Source: Vicugna vicugna
Taxonomy: Eukaryota
Direction of reading: 5' to 3'
Length of the DNA stretch: 64,000 nucleotides
Assembly: GCA_013265495.1 (NCBI GenBank)
Contig: MU058384.1
Span: 6,072,792-6,136,791, forward strand
The translations under genes were made by a program, and so were the position numbers. The notes under the pieces were generated by a model. It searched no databases. It saw only the letters and a list, made by a program, of their open reading frames with translations, and was not told the DNA's origin. Below, one piece after another: positions 1 to 13,189 of the stretch (positions are counted from its first letter, which is position 1; each line of letters starts with the position of its first letter).

Positions 1-77
1 AAAAAATAAATACGTCAACTGCGCAACATTAGTTTCATGTTGCCGAGCCGTAATAGTCTTTGGTGTAAATCATGTTT

Positions 78-135
78 CTGGACTAGATGACCTTTAAAAT
101 CCCTTCAAACCTTAGATTATGTTATTCTATGATTC
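78..135 (+). mobile_element. MIR3/L3 (CR1)-type 3' tail fragment
   Basis: ggactagatgacctttaaaatcccttc...attctatgattc matches the CR1/MIR3 3' terminus pattern. Confidence 0.6.
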
Positions 136-1859
136 ATCCTTACTGGCTAGTTAGACTGTTCTGATTTCATTGCTTTGTTGCACCACTCTTACTTCAGTAA
201 GGTTATGTCCAGTTGGCCTCATGTTTATTCCCCAGAAACTGTAGTCATAAATTTATCTTCCAATTTCCTTTGCTTAATTTGGAAAATGTCTAGTGAGTTA
301 AAAAGTCTATTTCCAGAGACTAAAAAGCAATGGCAAATAGCTTATTTATTATACACATACATACTTCTAATGACAAGGAACAAGAGAGGAAGTGTTTTTT
401 GGCCAAAGCATTGCATTTTTACAATTCAGAATCTTTTCTAGCTAGTAAATTCCATTATTCTTTTGTACACCACTTTTCCAATAAAAGATTTCCATTAAAA
501 AAGAAGAAAACATCTTTATCCAAACATACATACCAAGTGAGCAAGGTCTTCTCTGCTTGGGAAATCAACATGCACAGATATTTTCAGAAATTCCAAGAGC
601 AAATTGTGACCTTGAACATATCATGTATTTTCCAGGACTTCAGAAAAAATTTGGAGGCAGAGAGTGCACCAAACTTCAAATTTGTGTTTATGTAACTTGA
701 AACGGCCAACTGATCATTAGGAAATGCAGCCCTAAATTTAGATCTTCCAAATATAGAGTGTTTGAAGAGAAAAAGCACAGACTTTATTTTAAAATTTCAA
801 GGTTTATTATAGAGTCAGAATCCAAATCTCTGAAAAGGATGAGAGGTAAAATTTGTAGTTTTGCTGGGAACAAAATAAATTCATTTAAATGAATAACAAA
901 CCTGATTATCTGCTTAAGTTTTCTCAGTGAGATCTGGCTTAGCGTCAAGATTGAGTCATCTAACTGGCATGTTATCATCTTTCCAATTGCCTTTCTGCCT
1001 TGTTCTACTCCCTACCTAGCTTGAAATTCCCACTGTGGTGTATTTCTGGTGGAATACCGCTTTGCCACCTACACTGGAATGTTAGCCCTCTCTCATCAGT
1101 GCTGAGCAGATCGGGCTGTAGTGAGTTGATGCCATGTTTCTGAGGGTAACACACATACTCTAACGTCATTAAGAAGAGAGCCAAGGCCTATGTTCGTGAA
1201 TCTCCCCTTCCACACCCTCCCCCCGCCCCAGATAAACCAAGCCTGAGTGTTTCCAGGGGCAGGAACAGGCTTAGGAGCATCCAGTACAGAGCCACCATCA
1301 ACACCTGAGCAGTGGGGAACACCCAGGAAAAATACCACCTGCTTTGTATTTTTTTTCCTATCAGCACTGCAAGCAGGAGGAAGCCCAAGAGGTATCTTTT
1401 TCCCACAAGATAGGGAAACTTGGGGTGGTACATGAGAAAAGTAGATGCTTTCTCTCTGAGAGATGTTGCCAAGTCCCATTCTTAAGCAATTGACAGGTAT
1501 GAATAAAGCATACTGAAAGCAAAAGGAGTGATGCACTCAAAAATGCAAGCCGGGTAGCTCAGAGCATCCTTCTCAGTTTGAACGGCATTAATTAGCCCAC
1601 CTTCTCTCTCATAAAAGAAATCTTCTGTGAAATCAAATATACCAAATGTGGAGAGAATGGATCAATGGGAACCCAAAGACGGCTGGTAAAGTGGAGCAAT
1701 TGCTTTAGACAAACAATTCGGCCCTATCATGTGAGGTGAAACATGGAAACAACCAGCAAGTCTATTGTAAGGCGATCACGCTAGAGGAAATGTTGCAGGA
1801 GCGCCCCAGGAGCCACGCCCAGGGGCATCCAGAGCACTTCCATTCAGACTTCTAAAAAT

Positions 1860-2300
1860 CCGGAAACAACCCAAATGTCAACAGGAATTCAAATAAACAT
1901 GCTCTGGTCCAGTCATACAAAGGCCTAGTACGTAGCAGGAAATGTCAGTGGTCTCTGCTCCACTGAGCTGCATGGATGAACCTCAGAGACACGGTGGTAA
2001 GTGATAAAGCAAGTTCCAGACCCCTGGACAGTGGGCTTTCTGTACCTGTGGGTTTCGCTTCTGCAGCTTCAACCAACCGTGGATGGAAATTTTGGTTAAA
2101 TCTGCGAATGCCAAACCAGCAGTCATGGCGGGTTAACTGTATATAGTCTGGTATCATTGTTAACAAAACTCCGAAGCTAAACGCTATGTTGGTTAAGCAT
2201 ACAGACATAGGTGATAAGATTCTTTTTAAAAGCGAGGGAATGATTAACATAAATGTTGGACACTGGTTGACATGGGACAGGGAGGGGGAGGCAGAGGTGT
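1860..2300 (+). mobile_element. Old L1 (L1ME-like) 3' fragment interrupted by a MITE
   Basis: ggaaacaacccaaatgtc...catggatgaacctcagagac...aagtgataaagcaagttccaga is a typical L1M ORF2 end/3'UTR; right boundary approximate. Confidence 0.55.
2029..2139. mobile_element. TcMar-Tigger (MER2-like) fold-back MITE
   Basis: Starts CAGT, ends ACTG followed by TA; both ~48-nt arms resemble the MER2 right end (ttggttgaatcc...gactg) in inverted orientation. Confidence 0.65.
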
Positions 2301-3699
2301 AGGAAAGAGCAGGGGAGCAGAGGCCAATTGTCAGTAATGCTGCAATTCTTGGATTGCAGATGCTTTAGAAATTACAAAAAGATAAAGGAGAAAGAATTTA
2401 AGGGCTATCTTCTTTCATTTCTTTCTGCCCTGAATCAAGGCAAAATCAATAAATAGCTGAGAGGCCCAGAGAAAGTCTGACAGTTGGAGAAGTTGTGGTT
2501 GTGTCTCCCTTAACCTCTCACTGTCTTCCACACGCTTTCTTCACAGGAAGTGTCCCCAGTAAAGCTCCCTATCAACTCCAAACATGGGAAGCCTGCATCC
2601 AACGGCGCATGGGAGGCATTTTGGCTGCCATAAGCTGCCCCCAGAGAATCCACTCATTCTGTGTGCTTGTCGACTGTGTCATAGCTCAGCTTGAGTCTCA
2701 ACAAGATAAGCTCCTCAAGGCAGAACGCTTCCAGCTGTTGTGGTCAGACAGCAGCAGGTTCTTATCTGAGGACAGCAGGGCCATGTGGCACACCGCAGCC
2801 GGGGCAGTGTCAGGGAAGCATGTGGACTCTGTACACAGTAGCAAGGCCCAATAGACAGCAATTAGCACCAGGAGAATGAAGATGAACGGGACATATACAT
2901 AACCTTCATAAAAGTGTCACAGGGAAAAAGACTCACAAACCATATGGATCAGTGCCGGGGCTCTCCCAGGGATGGCCTTTTATATTACACTAATCCAAGT
3001 GATGGCTTTTAAAAAGAGATTTTTTTTTTCACTGCTGTGTCTTTCTGACCAGTCCTACCAAAAGAAGTAAAGAAATAAGCTGCCTATGTGATGCTGGACA
3101 AAACAGTCTTGACTCTTTGCGGCTTTCTCCACTCCAAGTGTCTGGACAAGCCTTCTCATCTGCATATATTGATAGTTAATTAAGTGCACAGCCTCCTCTC
3201 GTCCTATTTTCTCTTTTACTTATAGTGATGTAGCTCTGAACCTGTGGGTATTTCAGATATGTCCTCATCCATTTTCAGAAGACCAACACTTTAATGTTCT
3301 TTGTTCTTATCAAAGAAATAAGTCCTCACTGGCTGATTTAAGCAGAAAAAAATTTATTCAGAAGAATTTTATGTTACTTTCAAGGTCACCAAGATGGCTG
3401 CAGCATCTGTCAAAAGAAATAGGTAGGCACTAAGGAAAAGACTGAGCAAAGCCATAGGCAGAATCCAGCCTCAGTGATGGTCCAGAGGTCAGTATTGACA
3501 CTGCTGGAGACCACAAGATCATGGGTGCTGGACACACTGGCTCTATTGCTGCTGTTGCCCTACGTGCTCCCTCCTGGAAGGTGAGGGTGGGGCCGCTGAC
3601 ATCACAGTCAGGATGAAAAATCATTTTGACTTGATTTCTTGAGACATCAACTTCTGATTCAAAGTCTGGAGCATCTAAAATGCGCCTGATGACACTCTA

Positions 3700-4000
3700 G
3701 GTATTTGGGACATATCACTGAAAGAGAAACAAGTGCCTCCATCCTCTTGGAACTTATATTCTAGCAGGGTTGAGGGAGAGTGGGGCACCTGGAGACACAC
3801 CATAAACAATAGATAAGGTAAAGGAGTAAATTATATAAATTGATGGTAGATGATAAAATGCTTTAGGGAAACAGAAGGGTAGAGTAAGAGGGATGAAGGA
3901 GGGCAGTGATGCTTGCAGGTGGCCGTTTTAGATGGAGTGGTCTGGGAGTTCTCACAGAAAGAGTGACATTCCAGCAAAGATTGCAGGGGCATAGGGATGA
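3700..4000 (-). mobile_element. L2 3' fragment
   Basis: cctcttggaacttatattctag...gtggtctggga...gagtgacattccagcaaaga is the typical L2 antisense 3' end. Confidence 0.65.
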
Positions 4001-4471
4001 GAGTCCTTGTTTTGGTTACTGTGAAAAATACAATCTAGCACGTGCACCATGAATTTCAGAGGGCACAGTGAAATGATTTGTGGGACTGGAGAGGTAGGAG
4101 AATAGAAGGTATGTTAAGCCTTATGGGGAATAAAAGCAGGAGATAAGGATTAACTGGGAGTCTAGGATTTTTTGTGGTGTGAGATACAAATGGGAATAAA
4201 GGGTTAAATAAGAGTATTTCCTGGGTGAGCTCCAGGCAGATAATGTGCCTTAGGGGATTGGGAGGGGCTGAATACCTCCATCTCCTTATCAACAGAGGTC
4301 AGGAAATTTGAAGTAGCTGGGTCTTAGTGCCAAGTTGTAGGTCCTTTTGGCACCTGAAAATGGTAGCAGAAGACCTATGGGGAGAAGCGGTCACAGACCC
4401 AGTGAACTTATTGGAGGAAACAGAGCCTTATACTAGATGTTTGGACTCTACCTCGACACCTATGAATAGAA

Positions 4472-4796
4472 TGTTATTGGCTGAATGTTTGTCTCCCTAC
4501 AATACTTATATGCTAAATTCTATTGCCCAGGGTGATGGGGTTTGGAGGTGGAGCCTTTGGGAGGTGACTAGGTCCTGAGGGTAGAGTTCTCATGAATGGG
4601 ATTAGTGCCCTTATGAAACAAAACCTCAGAGAGTGGCAGGCTATGAATCGGGAATGAGGCTCTCATCAGACATCAAATCGGCGGGCATTAAGTTCTGGCA
4701 CTTCCCAGCAACCAGAACTGTGAGAAATAAATGTTTGTTTTTTATAATCCACCCAGTTGTAGTATTTTGTTATATCAGCCTAAATGGCCTAAGACT
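4472..4796 (+). mobile_element. ERVL-MaLR solo LTR (MLT1A-like)
   Basis: tgttattggctgaatgtttgtc...ggagcctttgggaggtga...catgaatgggattagtgccctt...cagaactgtgagaaataaatg...ctaagac. Confidence 0.85.
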
Positions 4797-4799
4797 GTA

Positions 4800-6225
4800 C
4801 TTTTAGTTAGTAAATCTGTTTATCACAGGGTTTGGGTTAGCAACTTTGTAGCTACTTTATGTATATAATATGAATTAATAAATAAGTTACTATATTATAA
4901 ATAGATGATGAGAGCCCAGATTCTCACTGTGTGAGAAACAAGCTAAAAATAAGGAAAACAGAAAATCTGGAATGAAACTTCTAATGTTGGGTTGGAATCA
5001 GAGGTATCCATATGAGTCTGGCTTTTTTAATATATATACAGAAATAAATATACACATATATGCATGAATGGATCAGTGCACACACATGTATTTCCCAGCT
5101 TTGTCTGCTGAGAGGACCTAGGAGCAGGAACATCACAGTAGAATGCACACGTTTTGCAAGTGATTGGCTTCTAAATGCCATTCTCCAATAATATGATCCA
5201 GAGATTCCTGAAAAGTGGTTGATCCCAGGAGAGGGTCAGTAAAAACACAAGGTAAACCTGGTGCTGGAAAATAAGGAAGTGCTCAAAAAGTATAGGAACA
5301 TGTCAAATTTGGAGCTTCCAATGGCCAAAAGTGGAACAATTTGAACAACAGATAAATAATATATTGGATTATACCTTGTAGAATAAAACAGCTATCCATG
5401 GGTCCATACTGATATACATAAATTATTGAATAAATAAATAAATGGAAGAATAGTGACAGCTCCATGTTACAATATGAATCCAATTAATAAATGTAGAAGA
5501 AAAGAGGGAAATACAAACTCACCACTTGACAGTCACCATAGTAATAATTGTTGCAGACAAGATGCACCAGTGGATTCCTGGAAAACATGAAGAAATACGG
5601 GATATTTACATTGACTCATTGACTCTCCCAAGATGTTTATCCATTGAAAAAAAGGAAAATAGTTAACTACAGTGGAGATCCCAGTAGACACCACTTAACC
5701 AAGTGTTCAAAGGTTAATACCACCAGTAGTAGGATGAATTGACAACATATACCCACTGTTTGTAAGAGACATTGAGGACAAAACATTATCTCTGTGGTAT
5801 GCTTGCCAAAAACTGCATAACTTCAATCTAATTATTAGAAAACATCAAAAAAAAAAACCCAATATGAGAGGTACTCCACAAAATAACTGGCCAGTAATTA
5901 TCAAAATTGTCAAGGTCATGAAAGAAAAGGAAAGAATGAGGAACTAACCATAGATTGCAGGAGACTAAGGAGACCTAAATAAATGCAATGTGGTATTCAG
6001 AATGAGATCTTGAAACACACAAACAAAAAAAGAAAAACTGATGAAAGTAGAATAAGGTTTGTAGCTTAGTTTAGTAGTATTGTACCAATGTTCATTTCCT
6101 GACATTGATAATTCTACTTTACTTATGTAAGTTGCTAACATAAGAAGTTGTATACGAATTATAGGTACTATTCATGAAATTCTTCTAAAGTTATTTACAA
6201 GTAAAAAGTTGGAAAAAAAGAAAAT
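4800..6225 (+). mobile_element. L1MC-type (L1MC4-like) 3' UTR
   Basis: tacagtggaga...caccacttaaccaagtg, aaataactggccag...gtcaaggtcatgaaaga, aaatgcaatgtggta, tattgtaccaatgtt; A-rich end. Confidence 0.75.
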
Positions 6226-6259
6226 ACATAATAAAAAGGCATGCCACAGTATAAGAGAA

Positions 6260-7157
6260 AATAGTTCAACATATATAACAATCAAAAGACTCATATCCAG
6301 AGTAAACTACAAGTCAGAAAAAAAACAGACAACCCACTAGAAAAATAGGCAAGAGACTTGAACACGTACGTTACAAAAAAGAGTATCAAAAATTCCAACA
6401 GACATAAAGTTGTTCCACTTAATGAATCATCAAAGCAATGCAAATTAATACCACAATGAATGTAATATTAACCCACCAGAATGGCTAATATTAATGAGCC
6501 AACACAGTCAAATGTGGGTCAGGATGCAGAGCAGCTGGGGCTCTCATATACTGCTAGCCAGAATGGAAATAGGTACAACCACTTAAAAACTATTTGACAT
6601 TCTCTGGTAGAGTTATACATACATATAAATAAAATCCATATATCCTTGTCCTTTGACCTAGCAATTTCACTTCTAGATATGTATCTATTAGAAATGAGAC
6701 CATGTGTTCACCCAAAGATATGTCACAGCCCAAGACAGAAATCTGCTCAAGCGTTCATCAGCAGTAGAAATGGACAAAATGTGGTAATCATACAATGTAA
6801 TCTTATACAGTCATGATAATTAATAAGTGAAACAACATGATTGAATCTCACAAGCATAAAATTGAGCAAGAGAAGCCAGACTCACAAAAATGTGTACTAT
6901 GATGTCATTTATATGAAAGTCAAAAGCAGGCAAAACTAATCTATGATTTTAAAACTTGAAATAATAATTATATTTGGAAAGGAGAGAGGGAGTAGTCATT
7001 GGAATGTGTAGGACAGGAATTTCTGAGAATTTGGTAATTTGGGTAATTTCTGGATCTAGATGATTTCATAGGTATGTTCAATTAGTGATCAATTATCAAG
7101 CTATACTCGGGATTTTTGCACTTTGATGTATGTATGGTAGACCTCAATAAAAAAAAA
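6260..7157 (+). mobile_element. L1ME/L1MB-type ORF2 end and 3' UTR
   Basis: acaacccactagaaaaataggcaagagacttgaac, atgcaaattaataccacaatg, gcaatttcacttctagatat, ends cctcaataaaaaaaaa. Confidence 0.8.
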
Positions 7158-7399
7158 TTTAACCTTTTTTTCTTTGATAGAAAAAAATGTTATTTAGAAA
7201 TGAGATAAGGTTATTTGCAGATAACCTCTCCCCTTTCCTGTGTGGGATGGGATTATAAGCATTCTTTCCAATATCAACACACTTGTGTCTCTGATTTCTT
7301 ATTTATGAAAAACCCTCTCTTATTTCCTTTCTTCTACTATTTTCTTTTCTATGTCTCAAGTTGATACTAATGTGAAGCATAGGCCCTCCCCTGAGATAC

Positions 7400-8450
7400 C
7401 AGACAGTTTTCTGGTAGCAAGTCTATTACATCAAACCCCTTTCATCCTGGAGGAGGAAGTGAGGAATACCAATCAGAACTGACACTTACATATGTATCGA
7501 CAGTGTCTCAGCCAGCCCCATCATCTGAGGAGTTACAAAAAGCCAACCCATTGTTATGGTAGCCTATATAACAGTGACTCAGATCAAGGTACTCCTTTTG
7601 TGACAAGAGACAGGTGGCTCCAGACTATAAACTTTATTGCTCAGAAGCAGCTCAACTAATGCACCAGCAAGGTGGGTGGCCATAGTCTGGGATGTGGTAT
7701 ACTTGCTTACCAATAATTGATATTTGGTGCTAAATTGTCAGAAGAATTGGGTCCAGGAACCAAAGAGAGTTAGTACAGAACCCTCTAACCATCAGTGACC
7801 ATCTTTTGGAATATGAGTTTCCCATTCCTTCTCTGCCAGATCAGAAGTCCCAGTTCCCAGAAAGGGACACTTACACCAGAGGACACAGTAAAGATTCCTC
7901 TGAACTTGACGCTCCAACTACCACGTGGTCACTTGGGGTTTTTCATATCAGCAAAGAAAGGAATAATTTAAAGTAATTAACTCTAATTTTCCTGAAGATC
8001 TAGGGTTACTACTACATGATGGGAACAGAGAGAAGTCTGTCTAGACCACAGGGTATTTGGGGGATGTCTTTTGGTGGTTCTGTGCTCAGTGATAATGGTA
8101 AACGGACATGTAGCAACCACAACTTGAAAAGGGAAAAGCATTAAGAGCTCAGACTCTTTGGCGAGGACAGTCTTGAACACCACATGACAAGCAGCCTAGA
8201 CAAGCTGAGACACTGGCAAAGGGTGAAAGAATTCTAGAATGGGTGGTAGAGGAGGAGCTGGTAAGTATCAGCTTCAGTCCCAGCACCAGTTGAAGCAGTC
8301 GAGAATGCAACTTGTTGCACTAAGCCTCTTGTATTGAGTCTGTAAGTATTGCAAGTGGTCATGACCTAGAAAGGCACTCTGATAAACTTGACTTAATGGA
8401 TTTAATTAATAGAGGGCACAAGAAAGACCTAAAAGGTGCAAAGGATAGAC
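7400..8450 (+). mobile_element. ERVL (class III) internal remnant with integrase and dUTPase pseudogenes (ERV3-16A3-like)
   Basis: 7576 reads DSDQGTPFVT (integrase SDQG motif); 7861 reads KGTLTPEDTVKIPLNLTLQLPRGHLGFF; later LGLLLHDGNREK and PRQAETLAKGERILEWVVEE, as in the ERVL dUTPase and C-terminal region; stops and frameshifts present. Confidence 0.8.
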
Positions 8451-8950
8451 TACATCATCCACTTCTTCTGTACTGCTTCACATTTTCTCTGCGGATTTCC
8501 ACCAGCTTTGCTCATGTGCTTCTTAACAACACTTGTGCCACATAGCACTCACTTCCTGCCCAGGACGCCTCTGATACTGCAACATGGGATGCATGCATGA
8601 CCCACTTGGCCTTCATGAATGCACAAACCTCAGCTGCAAGGAAGTGAGACCACCCTTGACTGATGAGGGAAATGGAGCCAATCAATAAATATTTCTCTTC
8701 TTTGTGCCCTGGTTGGCCAACCTGAGATACATTCCGTGAAATGCCTGAGAATTCTTGACAGGCTGGAACACCACCCCCAAGAAAGACCAGTAATGGCCAA
8801 TCCAGTATGTACCCTTGGATTAGCTTTCCCTTCCTCCTGGTCTCACTCCCCATGTCTTCTTTCTTTCTTCCTGAGAGCACTTCCTAAATAAACTATCTGC
8901 ATGCAAGACCTTGTCTTAAGTCTCTTTTTTGAGACATTTAGGCCAAATAA
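8451..8950 (+). mobile_element. 3' LTR of the ERVL remnant (LTR16 family)
   Basis: Follows purine tract aaaggtgcaaaggatagac; ends cacttcctaaataaactatctgcatgcaagaccttgtctt..., an LTR16-type U5. Confidence 0.7.
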
Positions 8951-9995
8951 ATTAGAGAAGAGATCAAAACTAAAGAATAAAGTTGATTAAAATTTTATTT
9001 CACTTCACGTAAGAAATTTTGTAGGCTTGGCTATCATATATTTCTTATGTGAACCCCTGGATATGAAGTTAGAAAAGTTTAGCTGCCTGAAAGAGATGGG
9101 GTCATTATTACCCTCCAGCTTACTAAGAATACAGTGAGGTTCTAGCGGTCTACATCAACCCAGTTTAGTCCTCAGAGAACCTTCAAGGAATTGTTTTTGT
9201 AGTTATATTACATAGGAAACTGTACCTATAGCCAAAATTAAATTTTGTGCTCACTTTATCAACATTATAAAACAGTTTCTCTTGTGTTTGACAAGCATAA
9301 TATCAATAAATCAATTTTAGTGTTTTAACATTAAAACCTTGTCTATTTTTTTGTTGGGTCTGAAAGTGCTAGCACGTCTTTTATAATGCACTCTGAACCA
9401 AGAATGCCCTCTTATAAAAGTCCTCCGTTTGTTTTTCCTCTGTAGAACAATATCCCTATAAACTGTAGGGAATCCATTGTTAAAACATGAAATCTGCCTT
9501 TAATGATTTTAGCTATACTAAATAATAAAGTAATTTTGGTTCAACTGCAAGAGAAACCTCTCTACACTTCTTTTATTTCTGACTGTCTCATTAAAGAAGG
9601 GTCTATGTATTAATTTAGGAATTAGTCAACTTTAAATAATGAAGGAGATGAGTGTTTAGGTACCAATGATTTCCAAATCTATCTTGAATATGTCAGCATT
9701 TGATAAGAAGAAAGAATGATGAAGCTATTAATAATTTTGTTTTGCTCTTTCCCTACATTGTCTTTAAGCCAAGGCAGTATGTCTGGGTTTAATTAATATT
9801 GGTCTAAGAGGAAGATAGTGCCTCAAGAATAATGAGAAAATCCAGTTGAAAAATCTTGACTCTGTAATCTCTCTACACCACACTTGAGCCTGCCCTTCAA
9901 AACAAAACTATCAGAAGGTCTCTCTGGTTCCCTTTCCTTCCCCTAACCCCACCTAGAAAAGATGTAAAGAAATTGCTAACTTAAAACTTCAATCT

Positions 9996-10226
9996 ATTTC
10001 ATATTCTTTTTCACCATGTTACGGCAAGATCTGAATATAGTTCCCTGTGCTATAGAGTATAAACTTGTTATCTGTTTTATATATATATATTAGTTAGTGT
10101 CTGCAAATTTTGAACTCCCAATATGTATGTTCATGTATGACTGAAGCATTGTGCTGTACACCAGAAAAACACACAACATTATAAACTGATTATATTTCAA
10201 TAAAAAACATATATATACATATACAT
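9996..10226 (+). mobile_element. 5'-inverted (twin-primed) camelid-type L1 3' end
   Basis: Minus-strand 3'UTR piece 9996-10120 followed by plus-strand terminus with aataaaaaa; TSD aaaacttcaatct (9983-9995) / aaaattcaatct (10227-10238) at a TT/AAAA site. Confidence 0.85.
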
Positions 10227-11164
10227 AAAATTCAATCTGTCCTAAATGTGATGGTCTATTGATACTTTTTGTTTAGTTACAAAAATGTAAATCAAATTTT
10301 CACCTGGAAATGCTACTGATAGTTTTAAATAGCAGACCAATTAGAATTAGTCTGAAACACTTTAAGATGAAAAGGAAAGAAGTTTTTAAAGTATAGTAGG
10401 ATGAGAAACTTAGAAAATTACATAATTTATATAGGAGAGAAATGGTTTCTTTCCTATATGATTATTGCAAAAATTAGATGTGAAATTTGAATCCTAAGTC
10501 AACTAGGTAAGCTACCACACGTGACAACTATATTTTCTAGATGAAAAGTCAAGATGATAATTTTTATATTAATTCTATGTGTGAGAGGTAGTCCAAAATC
10601 GATATCCGTAGAACATATTAATAGTTTACAGAGGTTAGAAAGAGTAATTCATATCAAAACTATCCGATAAATCTACACTATATAGTCATTGCACCTAAAA
10701 AAGAAAATTCAGACGCCAGTGATTATTTTTTAAAACATATGAAACCCAGAAATTAAAATAAGCACATAAGATTAAATATTTGTTAACATTTTGCCATATT
10801 TAATATATTTGTGGGCACCTTCCCACACATAAAGCTGTACTTTTACTACACACTTTTTCAGTCATAAAAAACACATATTATTTTTTGTTTCTAAAATGTT
10901 ATGCAGATGATGTCATACTGTGTATATTCTTTCTGCAACTTCTTTTTTTTGGCAGTATGTTCATGAGATTTTTCCATTTTGAAAACTAGTTTTAATGGTT
11001 GAAAAGTTTTCGTTGCAAGTTGTTTTTAGTTTAGTTTAGTTTAGCTTGTTTGTTTTTTGTTTTAATAATCAGTGTTGCAATGAGCATCCCAGGACATGTC
11101 TCTTTATGCACATGCACTAGAACAGCTGCATTATGGGTATACAACTTAAATTTTATTAGGTGTG

Positions 11165-11300
11165 GAGAGACAGTGCATCATACAGTAGGTATGTTGTTTG
11201 TGTGAGTTCAAGTTTTGATGCTGTCATTTACTCTGTGTGGACCCTTATCCTCCTTGACTGTGTCTTGATCTGTAAAATGATGATAGTAGTAGGAATAACT
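11165..11300 (+). mobile_element. MIR SINE fragment
   Basis: gagttcaag...catttactctgtgtg...atctgtaaaatg core. Confidence 0.5.
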
Positions 11301-11464
11301 GTCTATGACAGCACAAATCATCAGTATACAGCTTTATGAACACTCATTTATAACATATGTGTATCCTCAGAACCAAGAATACTATTGCTCCTCTTGCCTT
11401 GGGAGCAATTACTACCACCATCCTCCCCAAAGGTAACCAATATCCTGAATTTTAATCACATAAA

Positions 11465-11835
11465 TGTTTGGGGCCAGATTGGGTCCCTCCCCCCATTCAT
11501 ATGCTGAAGTTCTAACCCCAGTACCTCAAATGTGATTGTATTTGAAGATGGAGTCTTTAAAAAGTAATTAAGCTAAAAGGAGGTCATTAGGGTAGGCCTT
11601 AACCCAACATGACTGGTGTTCCCATAGAAGAGGAGATTAGGACACAGGTACAAAGACAATGTGAAAACATAAGGAAAAGATGGTCTTCTACAAACCAAAA
11701 GAGAGAGGTCTTGGAAGAAGCCAACCTTGCCAATCTTGAATTTCTAGCCTCCAGAACTGTGAGAAGACAAACGTCTGCTGTTTTAGACACCCAGTCTGTG
11801 GTACTTTGTTATGGCAGCCGTCAAAAACTAATACA
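11465..11835 (+). mobile_element. ERVL-MaLR solo LTR (MLT1B-like)
   Basis: ttcatatgctgaagttctaaccccagtacctc...ggtcattagggtaggcc...tagcctccagaactgtgaga...gttatggcagcc...aactaataca. Confidence 0.85.
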
Positions 11836-12764
11836 GTAGGTTAGTTTTGCTCAGAATGATTTAGTGTGAGTCTCAATAACAGATTCAGAATCTTTTACAT
11901 TTAGATCTTTTCCCTAAACATTATATTTTTATTGAGATTTGCTGCATTATTGAAAACAGTGGCAGTTTGTCCATCTTGTTGCCCTGCAGTATTCCATTAT
12001 GTGTGTGTAAAATGTATTTATCCATTTAAACTTGTTAAACATTTGAGTCATTTCCAGTGTTTGGCTATTATACAGAGTGTTGCTCTGAAGATTTTTGTGT
12101 ATCTTTTGGTGGATATGTATGTTCATCTCTTTTGGGCATTGGTCTAGGAATGGAACTGCTGCATCATGGTACATATGTATGTTCAGTTCTAGTAGATTCA
12201 GCCAAAAGCTTTTCTAAAGTAGTTGCACCAGTCTGCATTTTCAACAGCAGTACCGTCCAGTTGCTCCATATTCTTTTCAGTATGAAGTATTTTCTGTATT
12301 TTTCATTTTGGTCATTCTGATGTGTAATAATGGAATTTCATCGTGAATTTAATCTGTATTTTCCTAACTACTAATGAGATTGAGCACTAGCTTTGTGGAC
12401 TAGCATGTGGCCAACTTTCATAAATGTTCGAGGTATACTTGAAAAGCATGTATATTCTATGTGCAATCTCTTACATTATTTCAATTCATTAAGCTGGTTA
12501 CTCATGTTGCTGAAATATTCCATATCCCTATAAATTTTTTATAATAAAATGTCCCAATGATTGTGGATTTGTCAATTTCTTCTCTACATTTTGTCAATGA
12601 TTGATTTGTGTATTTTGAGCTTTTACGAATTGTTTTATATACCTAGTAGATTAGAACTTTTACCATTTTGAAATATTCCTCTTTATCTCTAACAGTGATT
12701 CTTACAGTAAAGCGTACCTTTTCTAACATCAATATAGTTATATAAATTTTCTTTTGGTTAATAT

Positions 12765-13187
12765 AAGCAATATCATATTTGTCTTTCTCTGTCTGACTTA
12801 CTTCACTTAGTATGATAATCTCTAGGCCCACCTATGTTGCTACAAATGGTATTATTTCAGTCTTTTCATGGCTGAGTAATATTCCATTGTGTATATATGT
12901 ATATATATATATATATATACATATATACATATATATATCACATCTTCTTTATCCATTCTTCTAGCTGTGGACACTTAAGTTGCTTCCAAGTCTTCGCTAT
13001 TGTAAATAGTGCTGCTGTGAACATTGGGGTGCATGTATCTTTTCGCATTAGAGTTTTCTCCAGATATGTGTTCAGGAATGGAATTACTGGATCATATGGT
13101 AACTCAATTTTTAGTTTTTTAAGGAACCTCCATACTGTTCTCCATAGTGACTGTGCTGATTTACATTCCCACCAACAATGTAGGAGT
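12765..13187 (-). mobile_element. Younger cetartiodactyl L1 ORF2 C-terminus/3'UTR fragment with (TA)n
   Basis: tgtctgacttacttcacttagtatgataatctctagg...gaacattggggtgcatgtatctttt...ttacattcccaccaacaatgtagg. Confidence 0.85.
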
Positions 13188-13189
13188 AG

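Larger units (their letters stand above)
10760..12760 (-). mobile_element. Old L1M (L1ME/L1MC) fragments with nested MIR and MLT1
   Basis: tcatactgtgtatattctttctgcaact, tttccagtgtttggctatta, ttttcattttggtcattctgatg antisense L1 signatures; boundaries approximate. Confidence 0.65.

Noticed and set aside
879..894. 16-bp palindrome attcatttaaatgaat
   Set aside because: AT-rich and plausible by chance in 64 kb; no supporting context
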